A stretch of DNA of 64,000 nucleotides, taken from NCBI GenBank assembly GCA_050012255.1, contig JBEKHN010000001.1, positions 192,001-256,000 of the forward strand, read 5' to 3'. The notes beneath the pieces were generated by a model that saw only the letters and a list, made by a program, of their open reading frames with translations, did not search any database and was not told where the DNA came from. The stretch is from Candidatus Bathyarchaeia archaeon. Its GTDB lineage: Archaea > Thermoproteota > Bathyarchaeia > Bathyarchaeales > Bathycorpusculaceae. This document shows positions 20,038 to 29,122 of the stretch, piece by piece. The position numbers were made by a program, and so were the translations under genes. Position 1 is the first letter of the stretch; each line of letters starts with the position of its first letter.

Positions 20038-20655
20038 TTGCATAACAAAGTACCCTACTTGCTCTTGGTACTAATGCTGATGCTAACCGTTGGCACATTT
20101 GAATTCCTGCACCTGAGGAACTCTGTTCCCAGCGTTTCTGCAGTCGAGGCTACAGGAAGCATCGGCATCTACTGGGATGCAGGTTGCACCAAGACAGTGT
20201 CTTCAATAGACTGGGGTGTTCTGTCGCCAGGGCAGACAAAGGAAGTTGTAGTTTACGCTCGGAACGAAGGTAATCAATCAATTCTCCTGACAGTCACACC
20301 GATGAATTACAGCCCAGCGAATGCTTCAAAGTATCTGAATTTCACTTGGACCTGTGTGAACACAGGGATTGCGGTAAGCAAAACTGTTCAGGTTACACAA
20401 AGCCTTTATGTTTCTCCGAACGTTGGAGGAATTTCTGATTTTAGTTTCGACATAATTTTCAGTGGGAAAGGGTATATTTTAGGGGACATAAATGGGGATG
20501 GCTTCGTCGACATATATGATGCTTTAGTGCTCGGATCAGCATTCGGATCGACGTCACGAGATAGCAACTGGAATCCGAACGCTGACCTGAATAACGATGG
20601 TGTTGTAGACATTTTTGATTCTATTATATTGGCTCATGCAATGTATCCAGTGTAA
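20038..20655 (+). CDS. Secreted protein with C-terminal type I dockerin
   Basis: Signal peptide, plus the duplicated Ca-binding motifs GDINGDGFVDIYD and ADLNNDGVVDIFD. Confidence 0.85.
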   Translation: MHNKVPYLLLVLMLMLTVGTFEFLHLRNSVPSVSAVEATGSIGIYWDAGCTKTVSSIDWGVLSPGQTKEVVVYARNEGNQSILLTVTPMNYSPANASKYLNFTWTCVNTGIAVSKTVQVTQSLYVSPNVGGISDFSFDIIFSGKGYILGDINGDGFVDIYDALVLGSAFGSTSRDSNWNPNADLNNDGVVDIFDSIILAHAMYPV

Positions 20656-20915
20656 CATGCTTAGGTCAGCGCGCACGTCTTCGTGTTAGAAAAAGAAATT
20701 CGACAATGTAGTTCGTTCAAAACCGCAAAGACCAGGCCGTTCCTTTTCTTTGAAATTGTAAAAGGCATGGTAGTGATTTTCTTCAACGCGCCAAGGAAAC
20801 ATCATTCCATAAGATTTCTGATATCTGCGGACCTCTCTTCTCTCTATGATCTCTTGAGATCGACAAAGTCTCCATAAATTATCTTCAGTTCTTTCTCGTT
20901 CGATGATTTTTGCTG

Positions 20916-21584
20916 CTATTCCCTGTTGGAAAGTATAACGATGTAGTCAGCAGTGTCTGCGCACATGTCAGCGGCCTGTTCAATGAACTCGATCAAATCG
21001 TCAAAGATTACCATTGTCCCCGCGTTCATTTGCCCTCCGTATTTGATGAACAATTTCTTTGTCTTAAGATAATCGTCGTCAATTCGATGCTCGATCTCTT
21101 CAACTTTTTTAGAACCTTCTGTCGCTTCTGCCGGGGCCACCGAGATCTTCTCGATGCTGTTATGTAGGGCACGGGCACAATCCACCAGGTCCGATGTCAT
21201 ACACACCGTGTTTTCGCATAGCTCCTTCGGAATCTGAGTGTCTCCGAGCATTTCCATGCACCTTGCAGCGTCTTTCACATCATCAGCCAGAGTGTCGAGC
21301 CTTTTCACAAGATGAAGCAGGTCCTCACGATAGTCAGCAACCAAAGCCGCACCCTTTGACAGCTCCTTGAAAACGTCCATTCGCAGACGGTCCACCTCTT
21401 CCTCAGTCTTGAAGAGAATCTCAATCCGCTGCATCGCTTCCTTTGTCCTCCCTTCTGCAATGCCCTTCGTTGCCTGATGTAACAGCGTTACAGTATCGAT
21501 TGCTTTCGCTATCTGCTCTTGAGCCAAGTCCAAAGCTTTTGTCCTGCGACGCTTTTCAAACCATGCATAGCTTCTTTTTTCCAA
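20916..21584 (-). CDS. DUF47 / PhoU-like phosphate transport regulator
   Basis: EEEVDRLR, REDLLHLVKRLD.LAD, IEQAADMCADTAD. Confidence 0.85.
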   Translation of the reverse strand: MEKRSYAWFEKRRRTKALDLAQEQIAKAIDTVTLLHQATKGIAEGRTKEAMQRIEILFKTEEEVDRLRMDVFKELSKGAALVADYREDLLHLVKRLDTLADDVKDAARCMEMLGDTQIPKELCENTVCMTSDLVDCARALHNSIEKISVAPAEATEGSKKVEEIEHRIDDDYLKTKKLFIKYGGQMNAGTMVIFDDLIEFIEQAADMCADTADYIVILSNRE

Positions 21585-21658
21585 ATTCTACATCTCCACT
21601 AAAACTACCTTTCCACATGTGCTTATAACCTTTCTCAGGACCAAAACTTCAGCAAGCT

Positions 21659-22306
21659 CTACCTCAGAATTATTTTATCGCCACTTGCGATGTAATAAAT
21701 CGCCTCACCAACATAAGTTGCGTGATCCGCTATTCTCTCAAGGTATCTAACCACCAAAAGGTTGCAGACTATGCATTTTGTGACAGGAGGAGCCTTTGAC
21801 AACTTGTCCAGATAGTTGGAGTATATCTCGTCAACCTCGCTCTCAGTGCTTGCAAGAGACTTGGCCAATTCTCCATCATTAGTTCTTAGGGCTTCTATGC
21901 TCGTCCGAACCATACGCAACGTCATCTCGGTCATCCTTTCCATGGTATCCCATGAGTACGCGCATTTCTCTGAGGCAGCAAATTTTCGGTGGGTAAAAGA
22001 GGTGTCCCAAGCATACCGGCCGTACCTTTCAAAATCGTACGCAATTTTCATGTAGGAATTAATTATCCTCAAGTCCGACGCAACAGGCTGATACTTCACT
22101 ATCAGCTCGAATGCCTTGTCTTCAACACTGACGGTCATCGTAACCAGCATTTCCGACAGTTCTCTGACTTGTTCACTTACGTCCCTGCCATCCATGAACC
22201 CTGCGATAGATGCCCTAACTGCTTTTTCAGCGGCCTCACCCATCTTTAAGACGACAGCCGTTAGTTGTTCTAAACCGATATCTAACAGTCTGCTCAAGGT
22301 TTTCAC
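21659..22306 (-). CDS. phoU: Phosphate signalling protein PhoU
   Basis: YQPVASDLR, DFERYGRYA, RYLERIADHATYVGE. Confidence 0.9.
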   Translation of the reverse strand: MKTLSRLLDIGLEQLTAVVLKMGEAAEKAVRASIAGFMDGRDVSEQVRELSEMLVTMTVSVEDKAFELIVKYQPVASDLRIINSYMKIAYDFERYGRYAWDTSFTHRKFAASEKCAYSWDTMERMTEMTLRMVRTSIEALRTNDGELAKSLASTESEVDEIYSNYLDKLSKAPPVTKCIVCNLLVVRYLERIADHATYVGEAIYYIASGDKIILR

Positions 22307-22342
22307 CTAACCGAATTTTCCCGTGATGTATTTTTCCGTAAG
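22307..22342 (-). pseudogene. pstB: Last 11 codons of phosphate ABC ATPase pstB
   Basis: Reads LTEKYITGKFG-stop, the typical PstB C-terminus. It abuts the phoU start and is cut by the (GC)5 run at 22342. Confidence 0.8.
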
Positions 22343-22349
22343 CGCGCGC

Positions 22350-22714
22350 GCAAACAAGCGGAATGAAGAAACGAGAAGACTTCAGCTGACAGGCGGCTCA
22401 ACGTACGTAATCTCTCTACCCAAGAAATGGATAATTCAGAATCAACTGAAGAAGAGCAGTACGATTCTCGTACGTTCAGAAGACGACGGATCATTGTCAA
22501 TAATGCCGTCAGACTTGGCAAAACAAGAACCACTGCAAGAGGCCTACATCATGGTTTCTCCAAAGGACATGCCTGACCCGATAATACGGAAAACAGTTTC
22601 TGCCTACCTAGTCGGTTACAACACAGTGCACATCAAAGCCAAGGACGGACAGCAACTTTCTTCAAAGCAACGGAGTTCATTGAAGAGCTTTACGCGCGAC
22701 CTGCTCATGGGAAC
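22350..22714 (+). pseudogene. Archaeal AbrB-PhoU phosphate uptake regulator, truncated at both ends
   Basis: ETRRLQLTGGSTYVISLPKKW AbrB domain, SAYLVGY. Ends at LLMGT. (GC)n runs on both sides. Confidence 0.85.
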
Positions 22715-22848
22715 CGCGCGCGCTAAATTCGCGAAAACCTTGTTCACTTTTGCACTCATTGAGGACACTTGCGCTCTACTAACAAAGCCTCTTTCTGCCT
22801 TCAGGCGCATTTACGTTCCAGATCCACTCAACAGCATCAGCGCGCTCT

Positions 22849-23171
22849 CTAGTTGACGATCTTCTCAAGTTCTATGAGAAAATGTTCGTATTGCTTAATT
22901 CTGAGTCTCCAAAAGTCTACGTCGGCGATGTCAAGACCGACGATCTTGCCGATCTTCTGTGGAGAGATACTGCTGCCAACTGAAAGAATCCTCTTGAGTT
23001 TGGGAACAAACTCTCTGCCTTCTTCCAGGTATTTCTGATAGAGAGCATAGACGAACAGTTGGGCATAAACGTATGGATAATTGTAGAATCTTCGCGCGCT
23101 GAGGAGTCTGTGGTGCTCGGAAAAATCTCAGACAGGTCCCAGGCAATGTCCCCTTTTGTCACATGAATCAT
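22849..23171 (-). pseudogene. pepF: Oligoendopeptidase F (M3B) with its interior deleted
   Basis: N-terminus WDLSEIFPS is joined at CGCGCGC (23093-23099), out of frame, to C-terminus RFYNYPYVYAQLFVYALYQKY...GSSISP...GLDI...FW. Confidence 0.85.
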
Positions 23172-23239
23172 CTTATCTTCAACAGTTAGGCACTGGATGA
23201 TTAAATGTTTTTTTAGGCAGCTAATGTTACATGACAATT

Positions 23240-23713
23240 TTACCGATGGCTCTGTCGTTCTTCCAACCAGTAAGCCCTCTTCTCGCCCTTCACAGTCGTG
23301 ACTAATTCTTTCTTGAAGATAGGTGCATCTTTCTTGTACCTTTCAACTGCCTCTTCCAGAACAGGGAAAACCTCTTCACGATGAGAACCTGCAACCAGAA
23401 CGTAGACAATGTCCTCACCAACGTGAAATTCACCGAGTAGATGGTGGATTTGAACGTCAACTATGCCGGGCTTTCTTTTCAGGTCGTCGCAGATTTTCGT
23501 GAGCACCTCGTCTGCCTTTTCTTGGTATGCCTGCAGCTCCAGCCTCTGGACTTTTTCACCCTCCAAGGTTTCTCCTCGCACGACACCGACAAACACTGCA
23601 ATCGCTCCGGCCTTTCGAAAACCCCGTTTGCCCTTGGTTCTGTTTATTATGTCATCTAGAGAGAACGTTCCCTTTTCATGAACCCCCGCTGTCTTCGTCA
23701 CGCTTGCCACCAC
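23240..23713 (-). CDS. moaE: Molybdopterin synthase catalytic subunit
   Basis: GAIAVFVGVVR, HLLG, HREE, K..APIFKKE. Confidence 0.9.
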   Translation of the reverse strand: MVASVTKTAGVHEKGTFSLDDIINRTKGKRGFRKAGAIAVFVGVVRGETLEGEKVQRLELQAYQEKADEVLTKICDDLKRKPGIVDVQIHHLLGEFHVGEDIVYVLVAGSHREEVFPVLEEAVERYKKDAPIFKKELVTTVKGEKRAYWLEERQSHR

Positions 23714-23763
23714 GATGAAGAACAGTTACCAGCGAGCTTGTTAAATACTGTAGCTCTGCCGAG

Positions 23764-24798
23764 TCAAACTGTTTTCACGTATTTTCGCATATCTTCGAGT
23801 GCAGCCGACGGAACGGGCAGGTCCTTCATCGTAACCAAGCCGGCAGGCGCGTTGATTACTTTCGGAATCGAGTTGACGATCATCGCAACTGTTCCGAGGT
23901 CGCCATGTACGCATGGACTTATTCTTTGTCTAATTTCTGGCACGCCCTTGATTGTTACTTCGTCGTACTCTTCTTCAGCCCCTATGTAAGCCCTGAAGTC
24001 TAAGACTATGACTTCTTTGTCTTTGGCAATGCCTTTTGCTTTTTGTCTCAGACCCGCCACTTTTCCTGCGCTGACCCTTATGTCTTTGCTCTCGACAGGT
24101 TTCTTTGCGATCACGGCCTCTGCGGGCTGAACGACCACTTTGTCGAGTCTCCATGCTAAAGAGTCAGCGATCATGGCGATGGATTGCGCGAGACCAACAT
24201 GGCCCGTGATCTGTTTCTTCTCGATCCTTCGCGTGAACTCTTGAACTGACAGACCGGCGCCTATCTTCTTCTGGAATGGTAACCGCCTCGTAGCCGCGTT
24301 CATGACTCTGATTGCCTCAATCTTCTCTATCTTCTGACAGGGTGCGGTGAGCGTTATCACGAGAGCATCCATGAGAAAGCCTGGGTTTATACCAGTTCCC
24401 AAGACCGTTACGTCGTGCTTCTTGGCCAGGGCGTCAAGCTTTTTCGCAAGCTTTGGTTCAGAAACGTATGGATACGACAGTTCTTCGCAGGTTGATATGA
24501 CGTTGACTCCGTGTTCTATGATTGAGGCTATCTGTGCAAAGGTGTCCTCCAGGTAGGAAGATGTAGTGTGGACCGCAATGTCAGCTTTGACCGTCGAAAG
24601 GGCTGAATCGATGTTGCCAGAGACTGTTACTCCAACTTTCTTTTTCAGCCCCAGAACTTCGCCCAGGTCCTTGCCGACCTTGTCTTTGGCGACGTCGACT
24701 GCACCGACGACTTGTACTCCTTCTTTTTCAAGCAAGTATTTCGCGATGTAACCGCCGACCACGCCAACGCCGTAGGCTAGGACCTTCACTTTTTCCAC
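23764..24798 (-). CDS. 2,4-diaminopentanoate dehydrogenase-like / DapB-like NAD(P) oxidoreductase
   Basis: YGVGVVG, NVISTCEELSYP, VLGTGINPGFLMD, GHVGL, HGD.GT. Confidence 0.8.
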   Translation of the reverse strand: MEKVKVLAYGVGVVGGYIAKYLLEKEGVQVVGAVDVAKDKVGKDLGEVLGLKKKVGVTVSGNIDSALSTVKADIAVHTTSSYLEDTFAQIASIIEHGVNVISTCEELSYPYVSEPKLAKKLDALAKKHDVTVLGTGINPGFLMDALVITLTAPCQKIEKIEAIRVMNAATRRLPFQKKIGAGLSVQEFTRRIEKKQITGHVGLAQSIAMIADSLAWRLDKVVVQPAEAVIAKKPVESKDIRVSAGKVAGLRQKAKGIAKDKEVIVLDFRAYIGAEEEYDEVTIKGVPEIRQRISPCVHGDLGTVAMIVNSIPKVINAPAGLVTMKDLPVPSAALEDMRKYVKTV

Positions 24799-24930
24799 CG
24801 AAACCTCTCCTTTGGGTCATGCTCTACTATGTCTCATCATATAAATGTGCACTCGAGACAACTCGCGGCTTGTATGTTCATTTAAAACCTTTACGTTTGT
24901 AAACTTTTATATCTCTGGGAACCCCAGTAT

Positions 24931-26385
24931 TTGAGAGGGCCCACGGCCTTGGAAAGCTCAACCTGCATCGCCAAAGAAGTCATAGAAAAAATACTGAATG
25001 CCAAGAAGCTGAAAAACTGCTTTGAATGCGGCATCTGTACAGCCAGCTGTTCTATGGCTGAGATGCTGGGAAACGAGTACAGCCCCAGACGACTTCTCGA
25101 AGACATCTACTCGAACCCTGAAAAAGTCTTGGCCTCTGAGGCAATATGGGTCTGCGCATGGTGTTATCGATGTCACAACCGTTGCCCCCAAGGATTAAAC
25201 CTGCCTGAAATATTCTTGTTCATGCGGTCAACTGCAGCAGCCCAAGGACACACGCAAGCCTTTGACAAGGCGCTACAGAAGATCGTAAGGAATGTTCCTC
25301 TTCCACTTGTGACGACCTTGGTTTGTTTTCATCCAGAACGTGCTGGACTGAAAAAGGAGACTGTCTTGGAGAAAATCGAGCAAATGCGGGAAGAATTGTT
25401 CAAGACGAAGAAAAGAGAGAAAGCAACGAAGTCCTCGAAGGAGAAAGTGGCGGTCATCGGTTCTGGCCCTGCCGGGCTTACGGTTGCCTACGAGTTGGGA
25501 AGAAAAGGATACGCGGTCACAGTTTTTGAAGCTCTTTCAGAACCAGGCGGGATGCTGAGGAAAGGCATACCGCAGCGTCGCTTGCCAAAACAGGTCATTG
25601 CCAAAGAGATTCAGTTCATAAAGAACCTGGGCGTGGAATTCAAAACGGGCATGAAAATTGGCAAGGACGTGGGCTTTGCGGATTTGAAGGAAGAAGGCTA
25701 CAAGACGGTTTTCATAGGCGCAGGAGCCCATAGAAGCCAAAAACTGAAGGCTGAAGGGTCGAACTTGAAAGGGGTAACCAACGCTCTTGATTTTCTGTGG
25801 GACTCGAATCTCGGTAAGAAGGTCGACGTTGGAAAGAACGTCGTTGTGGTAGGCGGGGGAAACGTTGCTGTGGACGCGGCTAGAACAGCGCGCTGCCTTG
25901 GGGCAAACGAAGTAGCTATTCTTTACCGCAGGTCGAAGGATGAGATGCCTGCAAACCCGCGCGAAGTTGAAGAGGCTGAACATGAAGGGGTGAAAATCGA
26001 ATTTCTGGTTTCGCCCAAGAAGATTCTGGGTGAAAACGGCAAAGTCTGTGCAATTGAGTGCGTCCGCATGCAGCTTGGTGAGCCAGATGAAACTGGCCGG
26101 AGAAAGGCGATTCCGGTGGAAGGGTCGGAGTTCAAGCGGGAAACGGACATGGTTATTCTTGCGATAGGCGAATCTCCTGATCTGGAGTTTTTGCCGAAAG
26201 ATGTTGAATTGAACGAAGATGGAACGCTCTGGGTGGACCCGATAACGATGGAAACCAGCCTGCCGGATGTTTTCGGAGGCGGAGACGCTGTTAGCGGACC
26301 GGCTTCCGTGATAGAGGCGATCCGTGATGGAAAACGCGCGGCGGAATCGATTGAGAATCACATGAAATCTTTGCGGGAAGGATAA
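24931..26385 (+). CDS. HdrC-like 2x[4Fe-4S] domain fused to GltD/NfnB-type FAD/NAD(P)H oxidoreductase
   Basis: CFECGICTASC, WVCAWCYRCHNRCP, then KVAVIGSGPAG, GGGNVAVDAAR, YRRS, GGDAVSGP. Confidence 0.85.
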   Translation: MRGPTALESSTCIAKEVIEKILNAKKLKNCFECGICTASCSMAEMLGNEYSPRRLLEDIYSNPEKVLASEAIWVCAWCYRCHNRCPQGLNLPEIFLFMRSTAAAQGHTQAFDKALQKIVRNVPLPLVTTLVCFHPERAGLKKETVLEKIEQMREELFKTKKREKATKSSKEKVAVIGSGPAGLTVAYELGRKGYAVTVFEALSEPGGMLRKGIPQRRLPKQVIAKEIQFIKNLGVEFKTGMKIGKDVGFADLKEEGYKTVFIGAGAHRSQKLKAEGSNLKGVTNALDFLWDSNLGKKVDVGKNVVVVGGGNVAVDAARTARCLGANEVAILYRRSKDEMPANPREVEEAEHEGVKIEFLVSPKKILGENGKVCAIECVRMQLGEPDETGRRKAIPVEGSEFKRETDMVILAIGESPDLEFLPKDVELNEDGTLWVDPITMETSLPDVFGGGDAVSGPASVIEAIRDGKRAAESIENHMKSLREG

Positions 26386-26389
26386 ATTG

Positions 26390-28825
26390 ATGCCAGAAGA
26401 CAAGGAACCACAGTCAAAACAGGAAGAGGAACCTCGCATAGGAGTGTACGTTTGCCACTGTGGCTTGAACATCGCTGGCTCCGTGGACTGCGCTGAAGTT
26501 GCAAAGTTTGCGGGCACGTTGCCGCACGTTGTCCTGGCGCAGGATAACCGTTACACGTGTTCAGATCAGGGCCAAGCAGGCATAAAGAAGGACATCAAAG
26601 AGCACAGGCTCAATCGAGTTGTGGTTGCGTCGTGCTCCCCCAGGCTTCACGAACCGACCTTCAGGAAAGCGTGTGAAGAAGCCGGACTGAACAAGTACCT
26701 TTTCGAAATGGCCAACATCCGTGAACACTGCAGTTGGGTTCACCTCCACGACCGCGAGGCAGCTACAGAAAAGGCCAAAGACTTGGTTAAGATGGCCGTG
26801 GCTAAGGCTGCTCTGCTTCAGCCTGCAGAAGAGGCTGAAGTGCCGATCACCCGAAAGGCTTTGGTCATAGGCGGTGGAGTTGCCGGTATCCAAGCTGCTC
26901 TGGACCTTGCAGACACTGGTTACAAAGTGTACGTGGTTGAGAAAGAGCCCAGCATAGGCGGGATGATGGCGCGTATAGACAAGACTTTCCCAACGATGGA
27001 CTGCTCGATCTGCATACTGGCGCCAAAAATGTCCGATGTGGGGCATCACCCAAACATTGAGTTGTTGACCAACAGCGAAGTTACCGAGGTGAAGGGGTAC
27101 ATCGGCAACTTCCACATTAAAGTGCTCAAGAAACCACGCTACGTCACTAAGGACTGCTCAGCCTGCGGAGAATGCGTAAAAGTCTGCCCGATAGTTGCTC
27201 CAAACGAGTTTGACGTAGGATTAGCCACAAGACACGGGATTTACACACCGTTCGCGCAGGCAGTTCCGTCCACGTACATTGTTGACATGAACCTCTGCCT
27301 CAACAAGGAAGGCGTGGTCGTCTGCGACAAGTGCATAAAAGCATGCGAAAGGCAAGCGATAAACTTTGAGATGAAGCCTGAAACCGAAGAGATCGAAGTG
27401 GGCACGATAATAGTCGCAACGGGCGCAGACGTCTTTGACCCTTCAGTGTTGCCTAACTATGGTTACGGCAAGTTTCCAAACGTCATCACCTCACTCGAGT
27501 TCGAGAGGTTAATCAACGCAGGCGGCCCGTCAGGCGGACACCTGATAAGGCTCAGTGACAAACAGATTCCGAAACGCGTAGCGTTCGTCCAGTGCGTGGG
27601 CTCCCGTTCGGACAAGGCTGGAAAGCTTTACTGCAGCAATGTCTGCTGCATGAACACAATCAAGGACAGCTTGCTCATCAAGGAGCACTGGCCGGACACC
27701 GAGATCTACGTGTTCTACGTTGACATAAGAGCCTACGGAAAAGGTTTCGAAGACCTTTACAAACGGGCCAGAGGAGAGGGCGTCGTGTTCATTCGCGGGT
27801 TGCCAGCAGAGATAAAGGAGGACAAGAAAACCCACAATCTTTGGCTCATCGGAGAAAACACGCTGAAAAACGAAGTTTACAAGATAAGAGCTGACATGGC
27901 CATTCTCTCAATAGGCTTAGAAGCCAGAAAGGACAGCGAAATGATCCAGCGTCTGCTGACGCTGTCAAGAAACCAGGATGGCTTCTTCTTGGAAGCACAC
28001 CCCAAGCTGAGACCGGTGGACGCTGCAACAGGGGGCATCTTCTTCGCCGGCTGCGCCGAGTCTCCCAAGGACATAAAGGACAGTGTGACCCAGGCAAGCG
28101 CGGCGGCAGCGCGTGCAGGCATACTGATGGCGAAAGGAAAAGTGACTGTTGAAGCCATCACGCCTATAGTTTTTCCAGAAAAATGCACGGCGTGTGGACT
28201 ATGCGTGAAAGTCTGTCCGTACAACGCAATAATTCTCAACAAGGAAAAGAAACGCATCGAAATAATCGAGGCAGCCTGCGGCGGATGCGGCACATGCGCA
28301 GCAGAATGTGCCTTCGGCGCTCTCACGCAGAGCCACTTCACCGATGACCAGATAATCGGACAGATAGACGCCGTCACGGAGCACGACGCAGACAAGAAGA
28401 TCGTGGCGTTCAACTGCAACTGGTGCTCTTACGCGGGCGCAGACTTCGCAGGAGTCAGCAGAATGCAGTACCCGCCGAACGTGCGCATAATCAGAACCAT
28501 GTGTTCCGGCCGCGTGGCACCCAAGTTTATTGAAAGAGCGTTTGCAAGAGGAGCCGCAACGGTCTTGGTGAGCGGCTGTCACATCGGAGACTGCCACTAC
28601 ATTAACGCCAACTACCAAACGCAAAAGCGGGTGGAACGATTCTGGAAGAAGATGGAGCAGAGTGGACTGAACAAGGAAAGACTACAGCTTTTATGGTGTT
28701 CAGCCGCTGAGGGCGAGAAGTTCGCTTCAAAAATCCGCGAGATGAAGTCGACTGTAGACAACGTTAAGCCAGAGGAAATTGAAAAGGCCAAAGAAGTCTT
28801 TGAGAAAGCTTTGGAAGGAAGTTAG
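26390..28825 (+). CDS. hdrA: Heterodisulfide reductase subunit A fused to MvhD
   Basis: IGVYVCHCG, ASCSPRLHE, DKTFPTMDCSICI, QCVGSR, HPKLRPV, plus C-terminal MvhD (FNCNWCSYAGAD, MCSGRV, GCHIGDCHY). Confidence 0.93.
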   Translation: MPEDKEPQSKQEEEPRIGVYVCHCGLNIAGSVDCAEVAKFAGTLPHVVLAQDNRYTCSDQGQAGIKKDIKEHRLNRVVVASCSPRLHEPTFRKACEEAGLNKYLFEMANIREHCSWVHLHDREAATEKAKDLVKMAVAKAALLQPAEEAEVPITRKALVIGGGVAGIQAALDLADTGYKVYVVEKEPSIGGMMARIDKTFPTMDCSICILAPKMSDVGHHPNIELLTNSEVTEVKGYIGNFHIKVLKKPRYVTKDCSACGECVKVCPIVAPNEFDVGLATRHGIYTPFAQAVPSTYIVDMNLCLNKEGVVVCDKCIKACERQAINFEMKPETEEIEVGTIIVATGADVFDPSVLPNYGYGKFPNVITSLEFERLINAGGPSGGHLIRLSDKQIPKRVAFVQCVGSRSDKAGKLYCSNVCCMNTIKDSLLIKEHWPDTEIYVFYVDIRAYGKGFEDLYKRARGEGVVFIRGLPAEIKEDKKTHNLWLIGENTLKNEVYKIRADMAILSIGLEARKDSEMIQRLLTLSRNQDGFFLEAHPKLRPVDAATGGIFFAGCAESPKDIKDSVTQASAAAARAGILMAKGKVTVEAITPIVFPEKCTACGLCVKVCPYNAIILNKEKKRIEIIEAACGGCGTCAAECAFGALTQSHFTDDQIIGQIDAVTEHDADKKIVAFNCNWCSYAGADFAGVSRMQYPPNVRIIRTMCSGRVAPKFIERAFARGAATVLVSGCHIGDCHYINANYQTQKRVERFWKKMEQSGLNKERLQLLWCSAAEGEKFASKIREMKSTVDNVKPEEIEKAKEVFEKALEGS

Positions 28826-28828
28826 CAC

Positions 28829-29122
28829 ATGCCTGAAAGAATTCGACATGCCGCGCTCGACAAAGAAACGATAAAACAGGTGAAGACAGAAATCCATCTG
28901 ATCAAGGATGAGTGTAAAGGATGCGGCTACTGCATCGAGTATTGCCCACGGAAAGTCTTGGAAGAATCTGATGAAATAAACGCGAGGGGGGTTCACCCTC
29001 CGAAAGTCGTGGACGAAAGCAAGTGCATGAACTGCGGCTTCTGCACCGCAGTCTGCCCAGACTTCGCGATTTTTGTCGTTGAAAAACCAAACGAGAAGGA
29101 TGTGAAGCATGCTAAAAGCTAA
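28829..29122 (+). CDS. korD: 2-oxoacid:ferredoxin oxidoreductase delta (2x[4Fe-4S])
   Basis: CKGCGYCIEYCP, CMNCGFCTAVCPDFAI. Operon context. Confidence 0.85.
   Translation: MPERIRHAALDKETIKQVKTEIHLIKDECKGCGYCIEYCPRKVLEESDEINARGVHPPKVVDESKCMNCGFCTAVCPDFAIFVVEKPNEKDVKHAKS

Noticed and set aside
22323-22856. 177-aa ORF as an intact gene
   Set aside because: It is a chimera: antisense pstB tail, GC run, regulator fragment, GC run, then unrelated sequence.
25537-26517. 326-aa antisense ORF (and similar long shadow ORFs, e.g. 49924-50616 and 26561-27115)
   Set aside because: They lie opposite well-supported genes and have no protein motifs.
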